A DNA stretch of 64,000 bases, taken from assembly GCA_965287045.1 (NCBI GenBank), contig OZ336885.1:62744001-62808000 (forward strand), read 5' to 3'. The notes beneath the pieces were generated by a model. It made no database searches. It was not told the DNA's origin and saw only the letters and a program-made list of their open reading frames with translations. The translations under genes were made by a program, and so were the position numbers. Numbering within the stretch: position 1 is the first letter of the stretch; every line of letters starts with the position of its first letter. Origin of the DNA: Carcharhinus amblyrhynchos (taxonomy: Eukaryota). Below are positions 1-12,100 of this stretch, piece by piece.

Positions 1-52
1 TGAGGACATAGAAGGGAAAAGAAGGCATTTGATAATACTGCCTCTATAGAAA

Positions 53-109
53 GGGGGCGGCCGGGGTGGTGGGGGGTGGGGGGGGGGGGGTGGCGGCGGC
101 GGGGGGCGG
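53..109 (+). repeat. G-rich low-complexity tract (G-quadruplex-capable)
   Basis: Multiple runs of 4 or more G separated by short loops. Confidence 0.7.
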
Positions 110-519
110 AACACGGAATGATAAGTTTGCATTGAGTTGATTGTCGTTAAAAAAATCTAGTCCTTTAACTGGCAATTTCATCATAACACGAACTAAGACA
201 CGGAAAACTTGGCATTATTTTCAAGAACGCAACTTTCTTCTGAGCAGCTCTACTGAGTTACATTTAATTGAACAGATTATAATAGGATTTGTTATATATC
301 CAGCGACCATTCTCGGTAAACCTTGTCATGTTTGTCCCATGCTATTGACACAAATCTTGTTCTTGGTAACAGCCTGGACTTAAGTTTGTCTGCGCTAATA
401 TACTATCCTATTTGGGCCAGACATAACGTCGTCATCATATTACTTCAATATCAATCTCAAACACAAGAGCAGACATATACTCAACATTTTCATTGCCTAT
501 TTTGCTGCGGAGACAGTAA

Positions 520-1273
520 TTCATGCCCTCCTGTGATCTTGTCTGGCGTGCGTTATTCTATCTCCAATTCGTTTTCAAATAGGTTTGACTTTGTGTTCGG
601 GACATGCCTTTAACTGTTCGATTTCTTTCTCCGAAATCGTCGACGCACCTTTCCAGTTCAAATTGTTTTTGAAGGCTATTCAAGAAACAGTGTCTTTTTT
701 TTCCCCCTGATGAATCTTTTGATCCTCTGAATACTTGTTCATGTAGTGCTTCTGTGAGGAGCTGCACATTCTACCTTAATATTGTTCGATAATGTTGCCA
801 ATGTCTACAACTGTGTTGATGGACTGAACAGGTGAATGATTTGGCGGCATACCATTACTTTTTTTTTGTACATTAAACAATTCCAGGGGTGAATATATTG
901 GTTTGTGCTTTTCTTGTGAAATATAAAAGAACACGAATTATGTTTCATTCTTTCCTCATTGATGGCCGGAAACTGTGATCTGTGCGTTAAGCGATTTTGG
1001 TGCGAAGACAACATCGAAGTGCTATTGCTGTCATTTACACATCCGTGATGCGAATGGCAAACCTAAACCTCTCCATGGGATGATTCTTACAGCAGGAAAA
1101 AGAAAGTTGTAACGAGTGAAAAAAAGGAAACAGAATGGTGAACACAGGGAACACTGCTCAGTAAACCTGCCATGCAATAAAATCAGGGACAAATATATCT
1201 GGAGATTAGCTTCGTTCGTTTTTACGAAAAAAAACATGAGTCCACGTGTGTCCCACTTTAACGGTATCACGCT
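520..1273. repeat. ~750-bp segment, copy 1 (direct repeat of 2571-3344)
   Basis: Colinear and near-identical by eye to 2571-3344, from TTCATG(C/G)CCTCCTGTGATCTTGTCTGGCG to GTCCCACTTTAACG..ACGCT. Confidence 0.95.
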
Positions 1274-1432
1274 CGCGCAGAGATGTAGCAAGTTGCTGAA
1301 TTGAATAACGCAGAAAAGAAAAAGAAACTATGATCCATGAATAAGATAGAACAAATCAAATTGTTGAACATCAAGGAAATCCAAAATTTACATTCCGAAG
1401 AATTGATAACAAGAGGCGGGGTGGTGCAGGGC

Positions 1433-1692
1433 GTGTGTTTGTGTGTGTGTGTGTGTGTATGTGTGTTGGGGTGGGGGGGAGGTGGTGGTGTTGGAGTGGC
1501 TTCGGGGCGGGAGTGCAGAGTGACAGCCGGGAGAGCTAGATAGATCGATCGATCGATAGATAGATGGATGGATACGGAACGATGTAGATAGATAAAATAG
1601 AAAGGGAGAGAGTGGAATGGAGGATGGATGGACGGATGGATGGTTGGATGGATCGATGAAAGATACAATGATGGATGGATGGATGGATGATG
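1433..1692. repeat. Compound microsatellite: (TG)n, then (AGAT)n/(GGAT)n
   Basis: Directly visible simple repeats. Confidence 0.9.
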
Positions 1693-1946
1693 GCTGAATG
1701 AACTGCATTTCGGGGAAAAAAACCGTATCAATCATAGCTGTCTTCAGTCAGCACATGTCGTTGAATGTTATAAAGGGACAAGTGTTCAGCAAAATATCAG
1801 GAAATAATTTGTGAAGTTTCTGTTAAGTATTTCAGTCGAGAACCCCACCACTGGCCAGGCGTTTTCTTTTTTCTGAAATTTCCTCTGAGTCACTTGTTCC
1901 GTATCACAATCTGTGCCTTCTCATGACTAAACTCAATGAAATATAT

Positions 1947-1948
<2 letters not shown>

Positions 1949-2017
<69 letters not shown>

Positions 2018-2022
2018 CACAC
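1949..2022. repeat. (CA)n microsatellite
   Basis: Directly visible. Confidence 0.95.
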
Positions 2023-2039
2023 ATACTGCCACACAGCCT

Positions 2040-4500
2040 ATGCACTTTTTGCTCAAACAAAAATAATCCAATCCTGTTCAGTCCGTGCTCATATTTCCAA
2101 GGATAGACCCTAACATCATCGTCAAATTCCTCTTTAACCCCTCCATCCTTATCACATTTTTCACAAAGCGAAAGCTGCAAAGCATTCAGTACTCCATTTG
2201 TGGCCTTACCAGAAGTTCTATGTAACTTCAACATTACCTGCTTTTTAGGATAGTCTTTGCCTTGAGCAATGCAAGAGATCTGACTGCTTTCATATTTACC
2301 TTATTCACCTGTTCTGCCGACTTCAGTGATCTCTTAATAAATGAACGAAGGTCCATCTATTCCTCTGGGCTTCCCAATGTCCCGCCATTCATTGAACACT
2401 CCCTTGTTTTTTTTTTACTCTCTTCTTCCACAGGTCAGCAACTCGCACTTTGCAGTTTTCATTACCATCCGCTACGTTTCTGCCGATCTGCCCAACCCAT
2501 TTATATTTTCCTGCATCCTCGGGGAATATTCTTCACTATTAACCACCCTTCAAATCTTGATGTACAATACTTCATGGCCTCCTGTGATCTTGTCTGGCGC
2601 GCGTTATTCTACCTCCAATTCTTTTTTCAAATAGTTTTGACTTTATGTTCGGGACATGCCTTGAACTGTTTGATTACTTTCTCCAAAATCGTCGACGCAC
2701 CTTTCCAGTTCAAAATGTTTTTGAAGGCTATTCACAAAACATTGTCTTTTTTTTCCCTCCAGATGAATCTTTTGATCATCTGAATCCTTGTTGATGCAGT
2801 GCTTCTGTGAGGAGCTGCACATTCCACCTTAACAATATTGTTCGATAACGTTGCCAATGTCTACAACTGTGTTGATGGACTGAACAGGTGAATGATTTGG
2901 CGGCATACCATTACTTTTTTTTGTACGTTAAACAATTCCAGGGGTGAATACATTTGTTTATGCTTTTTTTTGGTGAAATATAAAAGAACACGAATTAAGT
3001 TTCATTCTTTCCTCATTGATGGCCGGATTCTATGATCTGTGCATCAGGCGATTTCGGTGCGAAGACAACACCGAAGTGCTATTGCTGTCACTTACACATG
3101 CGTGATGCGAATGGCAAACCTAAACCTCTCCATGGGATGATTCTTACAACAGGAAAAAGAAAGTTGTAACGAGTGAAAAAATGAAACAAAATGATGAACA
3201 CAGGGAACACTGCTCACTAAACTTGCCATGCAATAAAATCAGGGACAAATGTATCTAGAGATTAGCTTAGTTCGTTTTTTAAATTTCGGAAACGCGAAAA
3301 AAAAACATGAGTCCACGTTTGTCCCACTTTAACGATATTACGCTTGATGTACTCTGCCGACTTGCATCACTGAAAAAAACGCTCATATTTGTTTGTTACA
3401 TCATTGAGGAACATATATACTAATCGTCGACCCAGTTCTGATTTTGTAGCACACAGCATTTCATGGACGACCAATTCCCCGAAGAGCTTTCTGCCACAAG
3501 CGATGTTGCCTTATGTTTTAAAACCAGTTGCTTAAACATCTCGCCAAAATTCCCCGATTTTCATATGTTTTGATCTGCAACATCATTCCTGGAATGGCAT
3601 ATTCACGGCATCATTGAAATCAATACAAGCTACACGAACTGAGATTCTCTTTACTTCACGCTTGTTCAGAATATTGAAAATGTCCTACACATGTTAGGCA
3701 TGACATAACTGTGAAAAACCATGCTGAGTTTCCCTCATTGACCCATAACTTTTCAGGTGGCTATTAATCCCCCCGCCGCCCCCGCAACCCCCCCACCCGC
3801 CCCCCAACTTCAGAACTTGTTCCAATAGATTTGCTGTAAAAAGTTTGGACTCACCGAATTACGCACTGACATTGTTCGAACACCCATCTTGAATAATTGA
3901 AACTACGTGAACGATGCTCCAGTCCCATAGCACTACACCCATGGCGAGAGAGTTATTTAACGAATCTGCCAGAGTCTCTACAATTTCGTGCCTCCCTTCC
4001 CGAAGGAGCGTGTGATGAAGCACATTAGTGCCATTGATCGTTTTTTTGTTTTATTATTCCTTTCCCCGTCGCAGCAAATTCCATGTAAAACTGGAGAAAT
4101 TCTTCATCGTCCCTGTTTCTTCATGTTGTACCCACATTTTCTTTACGCAAGTGAAGACCAAATATATGTTTTCATTTAACGCTGTTTCAATGGACGTTGC
4201 TTCACATACACATTGCTCACTTTCTCTCTCATGGGCTAACACATATCTTTGCTTAAAATCTTCCCAGTAATTTATTGAAGAATTATGTCTTTGATTCTAC
4301 GCCCTTTCACATGACCTTTTTCATTCCTTTTTTTTGTTCATCTCTTTAATTTCTTTCGTTCCCACATACAATTCGTATATTCCTTTCCCGTTGCTGCTGA
4401 ATTGTTCCGTTTGGACATACAAAGGACGTACCCTTCTTCTTCGCACAGTCCGGAAGTGCACTCGATATCCATGGTCCAGTTTCCCTGAACGTATTGGTTC
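2040..4500 (-). mobile_element. Old degraded CR1-clade LINE (RT region), interrupted by the 2566-3342 insertion
   Basis: Residual similarity to the cleaner CR1 copies in this window on both sides of the insertion; boundaries approximate. Confidence 0.6.
2566..3342. repeat. Copy 2 of the ~770-bp segment, flanked by a 10-bp direct repeat CTTGATGTAC
   Basis: CTTGATGTAC at 2556-2565 and 3343-3352; the interior matches 520-1273. Confidence 0.9.
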
Positions 4501-4754
4501 TACATTCAACCACCACCACCCCGCCCCCCCACCACCACCGCCCGCAACCCCACAAAATGAGATAGCTATTTGACCTGCAATCAGCGCTGCTTTCTTAGTG
4601 TCCGCAACTGCTCCCACGCAGAACTGCATAGAATGAGCTGTCCCCCTACAATTTCGACAGTTCTTGTCTGTTTATTTAAGTTCCCCAATCCAATACTATC
4701 ATTTGCAGTCCAAGTTTGCCCTGGTCCATAGGAGATATGTACCAAGCAATATGC

Positions 4755-5340
4755 ATAGAATCAGAGACTCATGGAACCAAAAGGTATAAAGACATTTGTG
4801 CTATCGAGTCTGCACCGACACGTGACACTCTTTGACTCCCAACTACCCCCATTTTCCAGCACTTGGCACAAAGTGTTGGATGTCATAAAATACCAAGTGT
4901 TAATCCAGATATTTTTCTGTAAGTATCTGAGACATCCCTTTTCCGCCATCCTCGCCGGCAGCACACTCAAGACAATTACGACTGGTTGTTTTTTTTTTCC
5001 CTTCAGGTCCCCGATTAACCTCCTGTCCCTCATCTTGAAATGTGTCCCATTGTGACTGATCCTTCAACTGAGGGGAACAGCTTTTGGACACACTACCTTC
5101 ATGTCTTCAAAGTATTGTACACCTCGATCAGCTCGCCCTCAGTCGTATTTGCTCCAATGCGAACAACCCAATCTTACGTAAACTCTTCATACTAAAAATA
5201 ACCCATCGCAAGTTGCGACTTGGTGAATCTCTTCTGCACCACGTTCAGCACAATGTGATTGCTTCTGACAGTGTGGCGATCATAACTGTACACAATACTC
5301 CAGATTTAGCCTTACTTTTTTTTTCAATTCGTGGTCTCCA
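4755..5340 (-). mobile_element. CR1-clade LINE 3' fragment (degraded)
   Basis: Tail-like ATAGAATC start; minus-strand peptide 'VIVLSVLPARMAE' resembles the CR1 ORF2 C-terminal 'VV..WN.LP..VVEA' motif. Confidence 0.65.
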
Positions 5341-6585
5341 TCCCTAAACTGCTGTTCCGCTGCCACACTGATGAATGGCTTGCATGTTGGCACTGTCTTT
5401 AGATATGCTGTCTCACAGTACCAGGAACCCGTGTTCATTGATGGCCTCGGGTTATTGCCTGCATAGAGTTTGTCTGTCCTACCTGTGTTTGCATGGACTT
5501 TCACCAGGCTCTATGGTCATTTTATTCCAACACTGCAAGAAAGTGCATTTTATGGCATTTTGAAATGCAAAGTTGCCCCGTGGTAACAAGGAGACTCGCT
5601 GTAAAAAATATTTCTCTTGCAGTGTGATAGAGTCTGAGTGAAATTATTGCCATGCAGTCTCTACCGTCGGAATGGTGTCCATCGGCAGTGTTATGATTCT
5701 AGCAATTGTCTGGCATTCTGCCCCAGAAAGAAAAAACAACTCCCGCAAGAATCCTCAACATATTGATTAAAAAATACAGACGGATATATTTCAAGAAATC
5801 TTCGCCCTTTCTTTGTAACTGTGAGCATCCCAGGTTGTGCTCCTTAAATTGACACCCCCAATACAATCATCCGATTTTTACTGCCACACAACACGTCTAA
5901 ACGTTTTTTTTCATATTGACTCATTGGACTCCTTTAATATTGTAGTGCAAACATTATAGCTGCCCCCACAACCACTTCCGCCCCAAATTGCGATCCGCTC
6001 TTGCATGCGTAATTTGACCGGAAAAACCTCTGTTTGATCAGGCTTCACATACGTTAGCTGGGACTAATTAATTGTTTCTTTTAATCTCCGTTCGCAACGT
6101 GCGCAAAAACATGGACGTTTACTCATGATTCTTCTTTATCATAATCACCACGACAAAACTCGAAAATCTGAGAACGGCTAAATGCCATAGCGTGACTTAC
6201 TCTGAGAAGTATTGAATGCTGACTGTTCCCGCTTGGTGGGCTTAATCAGCGGGCAGAGTGCGTCCTTGTGTACTCTAGGATTTCAATGCACACATTCCCC
6301 CACAATTAATTACCTTGCAGGCTGTAACAAGTACATTTTTAGCCCCGTCGGTGGCCTCTAAAATAAACACATGACTGACATCGTGGGCTTCACAAATCAA
6401 CCACCCCGCCAGCCTCCACTCCCCCCGCCCCCACCCAACATGGCCATCGCTTGCCGCTCACTCTCACGCCGGCACCTCTGGCCTCACACGCCCCAATCCC
6501 GGGAAAATCATGAGCCTTTCACTCTCTCTTCCCCCTACCCTCCCCACATCGCCAACACACATACACACACGCAGAGGCGCGCGCG

Positions 6586-6587
<2 letters not shown>

Positions 6588-6621
<34 letters not shown>
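6588..6621. repeat. (CA)n microsatellite
   Basis: Directly visible. Confidence 0.95.
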
Positions 6622-6624
<3 letters not shown>

Positions 6625-7029
6625 GTCTTCTCAAACGGCCAGTCGGGGCACATTGATGATTTCATTCAAGGACTCAGTCCTCTCCCCAAAACTATGCACA
6701 CACATCAGATGCACATGGTCACTCTGAAACCAATCTCGCATGAACATTGTCATCTGCGTTAACCATCTAAGGGCATCTTATATAGGATATAATGTGTATA
6801 ATGTGTTGGTGCGTGAATATAAGCAGTGCGTAGGGCATGCAAACGTCTTATGTGAGGCAAAAGTCCACAAAATTAAAGACACAAAGATAGATACGACCTG
6901 TGTCAGCTACATTTCTGAACATAGTCCACCTCTCCATGTAAATTGCTGGGCGCACAGCTGGCCTCCGTCAAGCTCCACCCCACGCCACATTCCCTATTAT
7001 GAGTGAGGCTTTTGAGCATTTAAATTAAA

Positions 7030-7338
7030 CTAAAATAAAGATCATTTATCAGTCGCACGTAGGCTTACAGTCACACTGCAATGAATTAACTGTGAAAATC
7101 CCTTAGCCAACAAACTAAGGTGCCTGCTTGTTTTCATGGAAGTAGCGTTTAACATGGTCAATGCGCCTAACAAGCGCACCTTTGGACGCTGGGAGGAAAC
7201 CGGACCACCCAGAGGAACCGCAGGCAGACACGGGGAGAATGTGCAAACACCACATAGACAGTGACCGAAAAAGTGAATCGAATCTGGGTCCATGATGCTG
7301 TGTGTCATCATTGCAAACTACTGTGCCACAATGCCGCC
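7030..7338 (-). mobile_element. tRNA-derived SINE (HE1/V-SINE-like)
   Basis: Reverse complement carries the V-SINE core (…GGGAGGAAACCGGACCACCCAGAGGAACCGCAGGCAGACACGGGGAGAATGTGCAAAC… on +) and a tRNA-like head. Confidence 0.8.
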
Positions 7339-7386
7339 TCATTTTACTTTCCAGTCTTCCATTCAGAACAACCGGTGGGCACAGTC

Positions 7387-7675
7387 TGTTGTAGGTAAAA
7401 TATACCTCTGAGGCAAATTGTGAGTCAAAGGACAACAAGTTTATTCAAAAGCTTTTGGAACATACACCTGGTACCTAGCAGCGGTTCCCCAGGCGTCTCC
7501 CGGAACACAACTTAAGACCATAAATTTATACCCGGCAGTTACGTGCGCATCTTCTCAGTCTCTCTAGGTTCCCGGGCCGTGGATTGTCCTCCATCGTGGG
7601 AACTTGGCTGCCTCGCCGTTTCATCATGGTTATCTCAAGGCCGCAATTGTGTTTGATTAGCCCTTAGCTAACACA
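7387..7675 (-). mobile_element. Solo LTR (~290 bp)
   Basis: TG…CA ends; minus strand reads TATAAA then AATAAA in U3-R-U5 order; imperfect flanking repeat CAGTC/CAGGC. Confidence 0.7.
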
Positions 7676-7796
7676 CAGGCCGACAAGACAAATTAAAATT
7701 AACGGGCCGGTTTAACCACCTACGTTCATAAGTTATATAGCATATAATATGTATAATGTGTTGGTACGTGACACATAAGCATTGCATAACGAATAT

Positions 7797-7806
7797 ATAG
7801 ATAGAC

Positions 7807-7882
<76 letters not shown>
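7797..7882. repeat. (AGAT)n microsatellite
   Basis: Directly visible. Confidence 0.95.
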
Positions 7883-8639
7883 TTATATTTACGGCATGCA
7901 AACTTCGCTATGTGAGGCAAAAGTGCACAAAACTAAAGACACAAACATAGAAACGAGCGGTGTCAGCTGCATTTCTGAACCGACGATCATAAATTTGTGT
8001 ACAACAGCAAGGGCAGCTGCAACCTTTCAGTCTGGGCACAGGAAAACAAATGTTGCATCGATCTGAGATAAGTGAAAACAAGCTGCATGCAAGTTGCAGG
8101 ATTTTTTTTTCACTCCGCAATTATTACAAAGTTCATTAACCCATTCACGAATGCACAGACCTTGTTGATTGAGAACTTTTATGATTGTATGTCTCCTCAG
8201 AAACAGTGTCTTGTTGAAATAACGCAATCAACAGCTTTGTAGATGCTGCCACTCTATCGAAACCGGGGAGCCTGTGAATCATTCACTATGGAATGTATCT
8301 TGTGGGTCCATAAGTGATCCAGGCTGACTTCAGCTGGACTCTCTTCATAAGGCAAACAGATATCATTTGTCCTCCAACCCCACATGACTGGAACATCACT
8401 GGGCTCCAATTGTCTCTCTCCTGCCTGGATTTAGGTGGATTCTAACACCTGAAGCCCCACCACCCATTTACCACTGGCCACCAGGCCGCACTGTTCTGAG
8501 ATGCCATGACCCCTTTTCAGGCAAAGTGCACTGGCGTCACTGCTGAATTTTATCCACAGTGCACTGGACTGTTCTACGTTTCCCTACCGCAGGAGAATCC
8601 CCTATTTGAGAGTGAGGCTTTTGAACATTTAAGGTAAAG

Positions 8640-8947
8640 TAAAATGAAGCTCATTTGTCTGTCACAAGTAGGCTTACTGTCATACTGTAATGAAGTAACT
8701 GTGAAAATCCCCGAGTCACCATAGTATGGTGCCTGCTTGTTTTCATGGAAGGAGAATTTAACATGGTCAATGCGCGTAACCAGCACATCTGAGGAATTTG
8801 AAAGGAAACTGCCACACCCAGAGGACCCCCAGGCAGATACGGGCAGTATGTACAAACTCCACACAGACAATGACCTAAGTCGGGAATCGAACCTCTCCCA
8901 TGATGCTGCGCAGCAGCAATGCAAATTACTGTGTCAGAATGCCGCCC
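8640..8947 (-). mobile_element. tRNA-derived SINE (HE1/V-SINE-like), duplicate of 7030-7338 with flanks
   Basis: Colinear with 7030-7338, including non-SINE flanks. Confidence 0.8.
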
Positions 8948-9199
8948 AATTTCACTTTACAGTCTCCCATTCAGAACCTCCCGTGCGCGCAGTCCTTTGT
9001 TGATCGATAACTATTATGATTGCACGTCTGAAACAGTGTCTTGTTGAAATAACCCAAACAACAGCTTTGCAGATTCTTCCCCTCTATTGAGACCAGTCAG
9101 CCTGTGAAGAAATCACCATGATATTTATGTCATGGGTCCACGAGTCGTCCTGTCTCTTCATAAGGCAAAGCTGTCTATTAGCTTCAAATATTCGCACAC

Positions 9200-12100
9200 A
9201 AGGGGTCATTCCAGCAGGCTGGCACACACGTTCATTGCCCCTAGATTTTTCAATGGTGAGCAGACCCTATTCAGCGAAGGCACAAGCTGCAATAAACATG
9301 GAGGGATGTCGCCCAAGACGTTGTCCAGCGAATGTAGCCTAGGAAGCTTTCGCTCCAGCTGGCAATGCCTGCCCATTGCCCGGTCATGCAACTCGGGCAT
9401 CAAAAAATGAATAACCTGCTTCATGCAGCAAGGGTAAGAGATCCCATCTTGCAATATGCCACATGTGCTGCACAATATGAAACCATCTCAGGCACGTTAG
9501 AGACAAGCGTGGATTTTCACAGCACTTGCCACCAAAACTTATGGCTGTCCCCAATCAGTAGAGGGCAGTAGAGAAACTTCGCCTCGATACAACCCACGTG
9601 AGTGCCGACAACCTCGACATACACTGCACGTGATGCCCTTCTATACGTCATGCTGTCAATCCCTTTTTATCCACCACTAGAGAAATTCAATCGGATAGAA
9701 GGGGGAGAACAATGGCGTTTGTTTCCCCGAGAGTACTCACAGATTTTGAGCACAGAGAACATAGAACACTACAAACAGGCCCATCGGCCCACAAGTTGCT
9801 CCGATCATACCCATACCTCCTAGGACTGTCAACAAATCTCAATCCCATTAAATCCTATGCACTCATCCAGAAGTATCTTAAAAGACACCAATGAGTTCGC
9901 CTCACCCACCACCAACGGCAGACGATCCCACACACTGACCACCCTCTGAGTGAAAAAAAAAACACCCCTGACATCTCCTCTGTAACTGCTCCCCAGCACC
10001 GTAAACCCGTGCCTTCTCGTGGCGACCATTTCAGCCGTGGGAAATAGCCTCCGAGATTCGACCCGATCTATACCTCTCAACATCTTATATACCTCTACCA
10101 GATCGTCGCTCAATCTTCGTCTCTCCACAGAGAAGAGACCTAGCTCCATCAATCTATCCTCATAAGGCATGCCCCCCAATCCAGGCAACATCCTTGTAAG
10201 TGTCCTCTGCACCCTGTCAATACCTTCCGCTTCCTTCTTGTAGTGAGGCGACCTCAAAAGTGCACGGTATTCCAAGTGACGTTTGACAAGGGTCTTAGAA
10301 ATTTGCAGCATAACCTCCCGACTCCTAATCTCAATCCCTCGATTAATGAAGGGTAGTATATCATACGCTTTCTTGACCACATCCTCCACCTGAGAGGCCG
10401 ATTTAAGTGTCCTATGGATCCGGACTCCAAGGTCCATCTGCTCCTCAACAGTAGTGTAACCTGCATCTAGCATGGTAAGCAGAACAGAAAATTCGTGGTT
10501 TGCATGGCTCATACAAGCCAACATCTGCTGTCCCGTATTCTTTGCAGTAAGTTCCATCCTGCACGGGCTCTTTTAGTTCCATTCCAGACTGTGTGAATTT
10601 CCTTCGTGAGGATCCTGATATGCAAGGCCACCCCAGTGTGGGCAGAACAGTTTTCCTTTCCCTGACAGTCTCCACAACTTTTTGAGTATTCCTCGGTGGG
10701 AAGCCTTGAGGAATCCTCTGAAGAAAGCACTAGTGAACTATCACAGACATCTACGATACAACCACCAACACATGGATGGCCACGACGGTGGGAAACAAGA
10801 GTGGTGAAGCTTCAAATTCGTTTTATAGTGAGCACATCACAGCCATTGATACACATGTGGTGCAGGTTGTAACGGCCGATGGCTCGGACACGCAGAAGCT
10901 GCTGGATGAGTGCATTCAGCCCTTCTCAAGATATGTCCTCTGGGATTGGTCGTCACGAAGTTGGTGGAGTTGAATCTGTCGACCCGGGTAATTGTGAATG
11001 GACTATTAGCAATCGAGTTGCGTCTACAAGTTTGTTTTGAAATGGAAATCGAGTGATGTCGCAGGAACTGGTGCCGTCATGACATGATTCCAAACTTAAC
11101 ACATTAAGGTAGCATTCGCAGTGCAAAGTCGGGGCTAGTGCTTTTTTCCTCATGTGTGACAGATGCAAAACACCCTTGAGACACAGTGGGCCATCGCAGA
11201 GACACCGTACTCTAAGGTGGTGGCTTTTTATGCAGGTCTGAAGTTACTTGCTTTCATGGTGATGGGTGGCAGAAGGATTTTGGAAACAAAGACCGCCATG
11301 GCAGGGATTCAGGAGGCGTTGTGGGCCCCAGTTTTGGGCCGCAATTTGGTTTGGGCTCAAGGACCAATCCTATGTAGCTTTATAGATTTAGTAATGCAAG
11401 GAATTCTGCAGCGATGGTGGTCCGGTCCTTAAAAAAGTCTCAGATGTCTCGCGCTGAGGGACCGGTTCATTGACTACAAGGCTGGCAAATTCAGTTGACT
11501 CCAAGGGAGATGGAACTTAGTCCAGTTGCCCTGGCGTCCCACGGAACGCCCCAATGGAGGGACTGAAGCCAATGCCGAGGGCCCATGCCAACTAAAGGAA
11601 TCCATACATCCCGAGATCGTCTAAATCCCCGTTATTCACATCAGTGCATCTCAGAGGCAACTGGATAAACAGCTTGCCATGGTAACATCATTAACATCCA
11701 CAAGTCGGCCGTGGCCCTTCAGCTCTCATTCAAACTGGTGACATCATCCAAGGGCATCACAGACCACAAGACGCGGATGATATCTCCGATGTGCATTCTG
11801 GGCGTTACCTAGGCAACTCCAGGCGGCATGGAAGCAAAGAAAGTTGAAGCGTCAATTAGAGGTCATCTCATCTCTCTGCAGGGTGAAGGTATTTCTAAAC
11901 GTTTAAACAATTATGACAAATTATCTCTGCACCACACAGCTGTGAGTAATTTGCCTCTGATTCTCCTTCCACAGTGCAGAGTGTGCCTAGTTCCAGACTT
12001 CAAGGTGCAGGCTGTTGTGCTGCGCAACATTTATCCCTCAATTAGAAGTTACAAAGTGCCTGTTTTGCTTTCATCAATAATCCATCAGACCCAGTGTGGA

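Noticed and set aside
1267-2783. Longer ORFs in the track (e.g. 1267-1731, 1890-2234, 2262-2783)
   Set aside because: Translations of microsatellites or of antisense degraded LINE sequence.
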